Origin: Phoronis australis
Lineage: Eukaryota; Animalia; Phoronida
Direction: 5' to 3'
NCBI GenBank assembly: GCA_002633005.1
Contig: NMRA01000006.1
Coordinates: 142,485-206,484 of the forward strand
DNA: 64,000 nt
Below, one piece after another: positions 1-64,000 of this stretch (the stretch's first letter is position 1; each line of letters begins with the position of its first letter). The translations under genes were made by a program, and so were the position numbers. The notes beneath the pieces were generated by a model. That model searched no databases. It was not told the origin of the DNA and saw nothing but the letters and a program-made list of their open reading frames with translations.

Positions 1-618
1 AGACTGTATGAAAAGAAATTGGCGCGAAATTCTTGCCTCTCAAAACGTCACTTCCGGAGTAGACGACGAGTAATTAATTAAATTACGAAAAGCAGTAAAT
101 AAGTGAAAAATATGTCAGGGATAATCAACGAACCCTATTTTTGTTAAAAATGACATGAAAAAGTTGCCTTCGCCTTTATTCTCTGTGGCGATCGTGAACG
201 CAAAAAAGCGGTCGTGAACGCACATTTTTTTCTCTGAATAGGCCTGAATAGTCGTTCAAGTTACGGTATTATGTCAATAATTTTAGAATAAAACGGAAAC
301 TGAATTAGCTGATGGGTTGGTTATTAATTACATTTCATCGTTTTTTTCATTATTCCTAAGTGAGATTTAGCCTAACAAACATAACTGAATGCGTTTGATT
401 TTTTTCAGTTGAACTGTAGCAACACGACGAGTCCTTCAGGGTGTTAACGTCCACGTCTCCAAGAAAGAGTAGTACAACTGATGCATGTCACAACAGAGTG
501 TGTGTGTTGTGGAGCCTGGTTAAGGAACTAAGAAATCGACTTAGTATGACCACATGCCAATAAAACACAGTGACACTACAACAAAGCAAGACTTTTACCA
601 GCCCTGTGATTGACACAT

Positions 619-850
619 TGCATGTGTCAAGAGTTTTTTTACCAATATAGTAAAACAGAGCATGAAGCATCGTGCTTAAGAACCAAGTAGATTCAGTGTC
701 CTATCTGTGATCAACGTTTCACGGAACGAGTAAGCCTGATGCAACACTGCGTCACAGCACGAGGACACACCTTTTTGTGGTGAATGTGGCATGCCATGCA
801 AACAGTGTGCCTCTTTCTACAGGCATAGCAAGCAGAAACGTCATGAATGA
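619..850 (+). pseudogene. Decayed C2H2 zinc-finger coding remnant
   Basis: CPICDQRFTERVSLMQH starts at 697; after a frameshift it reads HEDTPFCGECGMPCKQCASFYRHSKQKRHE*; in-frame TAG at 688. Confidence 0.5.
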
Positions 851-3800
851 AATCATTAAGTCCAGCGGTAAAGGTTGTTAAGTCATTATAGTTTATTCAG
901 ATTTACAGAGTTTATGGTTTGTAGTTGTCTGATGTGATAATATTTTGACGTTTTGTTTTGAACCTTTTTTCCTCAAGTTTCTTTCTATATTTGCGTTGTT
1001 TCAAAAGGATCTTTAACAGAACCAGTACATTTTTGTAGTGTTTAGGTAGATTTAAATGGCCATACTAAATGTCATTGGGCAATACTTACATACAATTTTT
1101 CTGACCAATTAGTATTTTAAAAGAAAATATATGTCTTTGATTATTGTAGAAATTGCTTTCATATAGTTGTTGATTTCGTGTGAGAGACTATTATACTATC
1201 AACCAGTGCTAAGTACATTGTCTATGATTCAGTGATGATTTAGTCTAATACATTCCAAAAGTAATTCGTTGGAAATGTTCAATGGATTTGTTATGTTGAT
1301 ATCCCTAAACCAATAAACTTATATATTTTTGTAAGACCAATTTTGAAGTACGTGTGATAAAAGATTAATATTATAATAGAAATGTTGTAATATTGTTGAT
1401 TTCCTGTGTAAATCACTACAGTGTGTAGTTGAAGTGACGTTAATGACATCGTATTGACTACGTTTTGAGAAAATCACAATATAGTATGTGCATTATAATT
1501 GTCTCAATCTTTCAATGTCACATTAAACTGGAGATCATGAACTAATGATGCAGGTGAACTTAAGACCAAGACTACAAAACAGAAGAGTCAAACACAACGC
1601 ATATTCAAACCACACGGGTGCCACAAGTCAATCTGTTCATCTCTGTATCGATGTTATCAGTAAAACATCAAGTAAAATCCCACCCACATCAGTTTACACA
1701 ACTTCTGGCCAGTTTTTAGATTCCGGGCGTTTATGAGTGGGAATTTTTGAACCATCTCGTCAAGTGTTGCCCCACTCCCCTCTCTCCCCATGGGCAAGCT
1801 CATCATCATTATTTGACTTCACTGGCTATTTGTTTTTTTTTCCTTTTGCTGTCACAATTTTACAAGCAGATTCCACACTCGCTTTCATCTCGGTGCTGCA
1901 ACAATTTGTTTACCCCTGGTTGACAAGCCACATCAAACAACTCCTGGGTGAGTCTTTAGTTTAGAAACCCTTGTTCTCAGTGGTTTCCTCTCAAAGTAGA
2001 TGCCTGTACTGTTTAAACCCCTGGTAGGGTGTACCTTTACGTCGTGGGTAACATGTTCGTTGAAGCTCGCCTCACAATAACAGTGCACTTGTTTCCTGAA
2101 ATGAAAATAAATTCGTTTGTGAAACTAAAATTATGCTTGATGTACATGTAGTGCTCATGGCAATTCAATGAAATATGCTATGTTGTTGTTCAGTTTTGAT
2201 ATGAAAGTAACACAGCAATGACACAAAATGTGATTAATTCATTGCACCACACTTGTTTTGTAACCTTTCTCATGTTTTATAAGTAAAAAGTTCATTACAG
2301 TTCGACACACCACGATGCGTTTCCGATCGCATAAACGAACACAAATTTGCGTTCTCGATAGCATCTTTCAGCAGAAAAGCGTCGAAAAATCAGAGATCCT
2401 GACAAAACTACAAAAAACAAGCGTTGCGTTATATTTTCACACGTCATTTCTTCATAACTCCATGATCAATTTATTGATTTAGTGCCAAAAATAACGGCAA
2501 TTTGCCTAAATGACACACAAATGCCTCGGTCAACGTGAATTTTCTCCTATAATTGGAAGAGACACTAGCCTAAACCTCTACCTGCCCTTCCTCAATGTGT
2601 TACGCCTTGAACTCGTGTCTCTGTTTTCACATTTGAAGTAAAAACAACGAAAATTCATCAAATTTACTCACCTTGCCTGGTTTGCTTCCCCCGCCAAATT
2701 TCGTTCTCGATCGCCTTCCGGTCGTTCTCGATTGCGGATTGGCCGGGGTGAAACATAACCACACTCAACCGATCTCGGTCTGTTGCCGAGCGTTTGAGCC
2801 CTCAAGGGTTGGCTGGGCATTTTTAATTTTGTACTGCGCGTGAAGGCTAGGAATTGCATTCATTTTGCTCAATCTTTAGCCTGTTATGGTTGAGAAATCG
2901 GTAGCATTTCTTACTCAGTCGTGACTTAGCTCTAAAGAGCGGTTAGTCTTTGCAAATTTGACATGTTTGAGTTTCCCACAGTGTGCTTGGTTTTATTTTC
3001 GTTCAAAAGGGTGATTGAACGAGGAATATGTTGTATTTTTCACAAAATGTTGTTTTTAAGCCTTTCCTGAGGCTCTCCGTATTATCTTTGTTATTCCGTC
3101 AAGCGGTGATTGACATTAACAAGGGCAATATCCTCAGTCACGCCAATCATTAAATTTGCTTCAGTGGCCCGTTGTTTTGTTTTTGCCACTTGGTAACGTA
3201 CATTCTGTTTCAGTTTGCGGTTGTTTTAAGTCACATTCTATTCCAGCTTCCTTCAGCCAGGCCTTAAGACGATCCATGGCAACAGCTTGCATTGACAACT
3301 GGAATTCCTAACCGACTAAAATAAGATAAACCCCTCAACTAATGCGTACGACTGCGTCTGATTTGCCAGTGCCCGTAACATAATTTCAACTTCCTCGCAA
3401 TCGTGAACTTAGCTTACACAGGATTTCACTTACAGCGAAAAACTTATACACAATTTCAGGGATGCTACATCATTTTGCTGCTGTGGAAACTTCCTGACAT
3501 GTGCTTGGACTACACAGTAAACGGAGAGCACTGCTTCTTACTAACACACGAACAATGCCCCGATATTAACAGCGCTTACTCTGAATGTTCTTGGTAAACA
3601 TTAACTTTTTGCTTAATGGGTATAGAAAATATGATTCCATTAACTCTATTCGAAAACGCTGCTAAATTTCTATTTCGTATCGGGATCATTTGTTGCTTAA
3701 ACTGACACAACTTAGTTTTTAATTGATAAAATGCCTTCTTTGTAGGCCTACTCCATACTTGTACTACTTGTAATTGTTCTTGGTCATTGTCGGCATGCTA

Positions 3801-3924
3801 TTGAAGCGAAGTACCACAACATAATAGAATTCTGTTTCCGTTGCGAACTCAAGTCCTGAACAATGCGTGTGCGCTATTGTTGAATTTGCAATTTTAGGAT
3901 TGACCAACCCTACGAATGAAACAC

Positions 3925-4080
3925 CAGTGCTGTAGTGGGGCGTAGGCGCACGTAGGCGTAGCCAACCACCTTTTGGCATTTGAACGTAGCGCCTACGCAC
4001 CGTAAGTTACGTTCAGTGCTCAAGGTGATACGGTAGGCTTTGGGCGCCTACTTACCTCTACGTTTACCACTACAGCACTG
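3925..4080. mobile_element. hAT-like MITE
   Basis: Perfect 14-bp TIR CAGTGCTGTAGTGG / CCACTACAGCACTG; 8-bp flanks tgaaacac and agaaacac match 7/8 (TSD). Confidence 0.8.
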
Positions 4081-5418
4081 AGAAACACCGAACCTCATGG
4101 TTTTCTTGAGTCGCGGTGGTTACCGGTACGATGTTCTTGGGTAGGTTGGTGCTCAAGGGAAGCAGTTGCATTTTTCAACTGAAAAGATCATCACACACGT
4201 CACAAACCGTAGACATGTGCGTGCTGAATATTGCTGTGTTCTCGTTCTTCCTGAGAAAGAAGCAGCAATACATATCTTGTGCCGTTATGCTGGCGGTGCA
4301 ACAGTTGCAGAATTCTGTCAAAGACGAAAACGACGCTCTAGAACATATATTGCGACCTCTACCGAGAGAATTGCGTAGCATAATCTATGTGACACCACCC
4401 TCCTTCGGGAAAAGATAGTGATGCAAATAACGAATGAGTGTAAGCACGCGATGAAGTAGTGAAACCCCAATTAAGAACAAACAAAGACCATTTTTATGTA
4501 AATGGGTATGGTAATATTTCGTCGTTACCCTAATGAAGCAAGCCACAGTTTTTATTACTTAATTGTTCATTTCACTATTGAATAACGATTGTATAATATT
4601 TGGAATTACTATTGTTCACCGGCACTTGTGTCTATGTGTATAAGTTGTAGTGCTTTCTTTAAAACCGCAATTTATTTACATATTGTTTCTATTCCTGATT
4701 GTACTTGTACACACAGTTCTCCAAGAAGTCACTTGGTGGCGCTGGCTACACATTTGAATATTCACTGTTTTTAAGCTCGAGACATTTTTAAGTGCTAACA
4801 TAAAATAATTAAAAACTTTCATACTAACGACACGGTAATCAACTGGGACCGTGTGGTCATTTCAGAGATAACAGATGTCTGGTCAGCGATATCAACTTTC
4901 GAAAGAACATCCCAGGCGCTTTATTGGAAATCCCCGGCAACATACATGTAATTGGCTTGGTCTGAGCCCTAATCATTTTAAACCTTGCGCCTCGCCGTTT
5001 AAAGAAAAAAAATGAATTAAGACCCATTTCAACTGCTCTCAAGCGACGCCGGGGAAAAAAGGGATCAATCTAGCTGGAAGTGGGTGTCAAGTGAAAAAAA
5101 AAGAAAAACACAATTCTGAGCATCAATTATTGCTTCGAAGAATGATCCTGGCCCGTTTCGGTTGAAATCTGGTGTCTTTTGAATGGCTAGCTCACACTAG
5201 CCCATATCCCCCTCAATTTTCCAAAACCAAACTTGAGATTCAACGATAGGCCTTCTATTTTTGACCCTGCAACCGCTTTATCAATGCCACTGTAGTGACG
5301 CGACGACTCCACGCCTTTAGCTCTTCTGATCAATTACAGTCAAATTTGCGCTTTTGACGTTTATCTAAGACTCGATTCTTAAACACTAGCTTCCGCTCTG
5401 TCCCACTCTGGCAGCATT

Positions 5419-5511
5419 AATTCTCTCGCTGGTCCCCTGCGTGCCGCTAAGTCGTCGGTAGCCAGCACGCTGGCTCAGGCTAGGCACGTAGGGAACCAGC
5501 GAGCAAGAATT
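5419..5511. repeat. Short imperfect inverted repeat (hairpin or MITE-like)
   Basis: aattctctcgctggtcccctgcgtgcc pairs with ggcacgtagggaaccagcgagcaagaatt. Confidence 0.6.
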
Positions 5512-7322
5512 CTAAGTAAGCAATTCTATTGCGTGTGGTCGTGCTGTATGCCGTTATAGCCGTTTTTGCGTTCTTTGTTGCCAACCGCTGCTCCAATCAG
5601 ACCCCCAAAACTGCATAATTACCACCTTGAAAAAATGCAAATAATTTTTTCATTCAACTACTGGATCAAAACATACTTTACCCGCGGAAATTGAACTAGC
5701 AAGCACAAATGGACATAATAGATCAAACTGGACAAAATGCCATTATGCCCATTTCAGCACAAGTGAGCCAATCGGAATTGATAGCTGTTCTTGTCTTCTT
5801 AACATGAAATGTGAATTACTTTCATCACTAAGCTATCGGGATCGAAAGAGTCTTCGAATGAAAATTGATTTAATGCGGACCTAAAAAGCAAAAATGGACT
5901 GTAGACAGAAAGGGTCAAGATCCTTACCCATTATGTCCATTTCTGCATAACTAAATAATTTGAAATTGATGGCCGTTTGAAATGGACATAATGAGTTATA
6001 ACATATGTGCTTGTCTGAAACTAGTTTTCGACTTTCAAAAGATTCCCACAGTGTATCTCAAAAGATTCCAGACATTGTTGTGCAATGTGCGCTTAGTTGT
6101 ACTTGCGTGGCAAAGATTATTTTTTTTAATTTTCGTTTACTGGTGCTCTTCTGAGGACGACTTTGCGTTACACGTCGCTCGTACGACGGTCTTAATTCGT
6201 GGACGGTCGTGGTCCCTCAGACACGTGACGGATACTAGACCAGTACGTGATTTTGTTGCAAGTCCATCAACTTTCAACGTCATTTCTTTNCGATTTTGTA
6301 CAACTGTTTTCATTTTGTGCGTGTGAAATTTTTGCTGGTTTTCCTTAAACCAGAACATACTTGACAATTTATGTTCGTAGGCCCCAGGGAGTATATTTGG
6401 AAAATGTTCTATTTTTACCTTTCTGGTAGCCCACCAGATATGAACCTCTGCGTATTTTCGGAAACGAGAGGCTCATTAAGTTATGTAAAACTAACCATCG
6501 AGGTCGACGTGAAATAAGACCAATGTTTCCAGTAAAGCGAGTTTATATTTCATGCTAAAGGTTCACGATAGCCTAAGGTTTAGTTTGTAGATAAGCTCAA
6601 ACGTGCTGGAATAAGCTGTGCCGTGTTTATCTTAAAATTTTGTTTTTATTTGACACTGGCTGACTCTTTTCATTTTCAATTGGGAAACTGAACAAACCGT
6701 AGAAAATCACTGATTGTGATTCTGATGGGCCCATTTCTGGGCGATATTACAGAATGTAAATCAATTAACTGTGTTGAAAAATTTCAGTGATTTTTCTAAG
6801 TTTGCGTAAGGGTACTTGCGGTAATCATGAAATATAATACATAACTGACGTTGGAATCAAGTCAGTTTCATTAGACTTTGTGCAAGATTTATTCAGAGTC
6901 TTTGGTCCAGAATAGTGTTAAAAATCGACAGGTTTTCTACTCTGTGTGAATCAGAGTGTATGCGCTGCCAAGAGCTGTTTTTTCAAGCTTACAAGCAGCA
7001 AAATTATAATGTCGGCAAGGCTGGAGCGTTGAATTGTGGTCTTTAACTCAGTGTTTCCGTTTCATAAGCTATTTTTTGCCGACAATGCAATCTAATGTCG
7101 TGTGGTGTACGGAACTCAGTCCAGACGGACAACCACGACAATAACCATTCAGAAATTTTGTATATGAATACAAATCATTGAAACACATTATTTTATTTCG
7201 AGAAGCTTAACGTCTACGATTTTTCATTTCTTAATACAGCTGTCTCGGAGCTTTACTTTTTGAATTACCATCGCAAATTTATTTGAACAGTCGCGCTCTA
7301 GATTTCCCGCATAGTTGCGACT

Positions 7323-7440
7323 AGTGACGATGATAGTTGACGATTATGATGATGATGGTGATGATGATGATGATGACAATAATGATGAAGATGATGACCA
7401 TGACAAAGACGATGACGATTATAGCTATGATCACGACCAC
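7323..7440. repeat. Degenerate (GAT/GAC)n trinucleotide microsatellite upstream of exon 1
   Basis: gatgatgatggtgatgatgatgatgacaat... seen directly. Confidence 0.85.
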
Positions 7441-7457
7441 GGCATTATTGACAATGC

Positions 7458-7465
7458 TGACGTCA
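7458..7465. promoter_or_regulatory. Perfect CRE/ATF palindrome TGACGTCA in the putative proximal promoter
   Basis: Exact match about 85 bp upstream of the ATG; function inferred only. Confidence 0.4.
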
Positions 7466-7549
7466 CAAGTCCCACCGCCTCCTTACAGTGTCTAAGACTC
7501 AGAGATATCCCGCTGAGGTAACTTCTCGTGGAGACTCCCACAGCATTAG

Positions 7550-63483
<55,934 letters not shown>

Positions 63484-64000
63484 CCATGGTGCAGTAGTAA
63501 ACATTGCAAGTCATCCAGTATTTTAATGTTGAAATGCACCAAGAATTGCTGTAGGGAATCAGTACATAGCTTTTCCTTAGCAATATGTAATGGTTTGTCT
63601 AGCAAGTGACTTTCCTAGGCACTTGTTTGCATGAAATTGTTGCACTGGAAATTTTGTTGTACAGGTAGACGGGAAAATGTTGAGTGGCAATCATAATTCT
63701 ACTGTACAACTAGGTGACAAGCTGCATATTATTAGAAGCATTGTTACAGTGCTTTCCCATCAGGGGAACTTCGCTTACCATTCCATCTAGACAGTGATAT
63801 TAAAGTTATCTCCAAGACACCAGATGATGCAGTTCGTTCATACTCTCAAACCAATATTGAGTAGTGGATTCGAAACTAACTGAAAACTGTTCTTCAGCCA
63901 TTTACGTGTGTTTATGAAAATGATATGTCATTCTTCATCAGATATGCTTTCTGTTATTTATCAACGCGTGTCTAATGAGAGCAGCTTGGCTACGCTACAA

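Noticed and set aside
7315-7521. Poly-Asp ORF
   Set aside because: Translation of a (GAT)n microsatellite with a non-ATG start.
63484-64000. Polyadenylation site
   Set aside because: No AATAAA seen, only an ATTAAA near 63799; the 3' UTR may extend beyond the window.

Overview
This is eukaryotic, intron-rich and repeat-rich genomic DNA, probably from an invertebrate animal (inference; the species cannot be determined here). It is a draft assembly with single-N joins at 6290, 9492, 25135, 49171 and 51317. One + strand gene occupies 7550-63483. I reconstructed it by hand as 52 GT-AG coding exons with consistent intron phases, giving 7824 nt and about 2607 aa. The product is a type I membrane, mannose-receptor-like multi-lectin. 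Domain order: signal peptide, 5 C-type lectin domains (CTLDs), 3 FA58C/discoidin domains, WSC domain, 7 CTLDs, Ser/Thr stalk, TM helix, and a tail with FDNALY. The most unusual feature is a complete farnesoic-acid-O-methyltransferase-like (Methyltransf_FA) domain, encoded by a symmetric phase 1-1 three-exon cassette, inserted inside the first discoidin domain. Other features are in-frame tandem splice acceptors, a candidate soluble-isoform acceptor, a decayed hAT transposon, several MITE/hairpin families, tRNA-derived SINE heads, mini- and microsatellites, a decayed C2H2 zinc-finger remnant, and two duplications at assembly gaps that are probably artefacts. Domain calls come from motif recognition by eye, not database searches.
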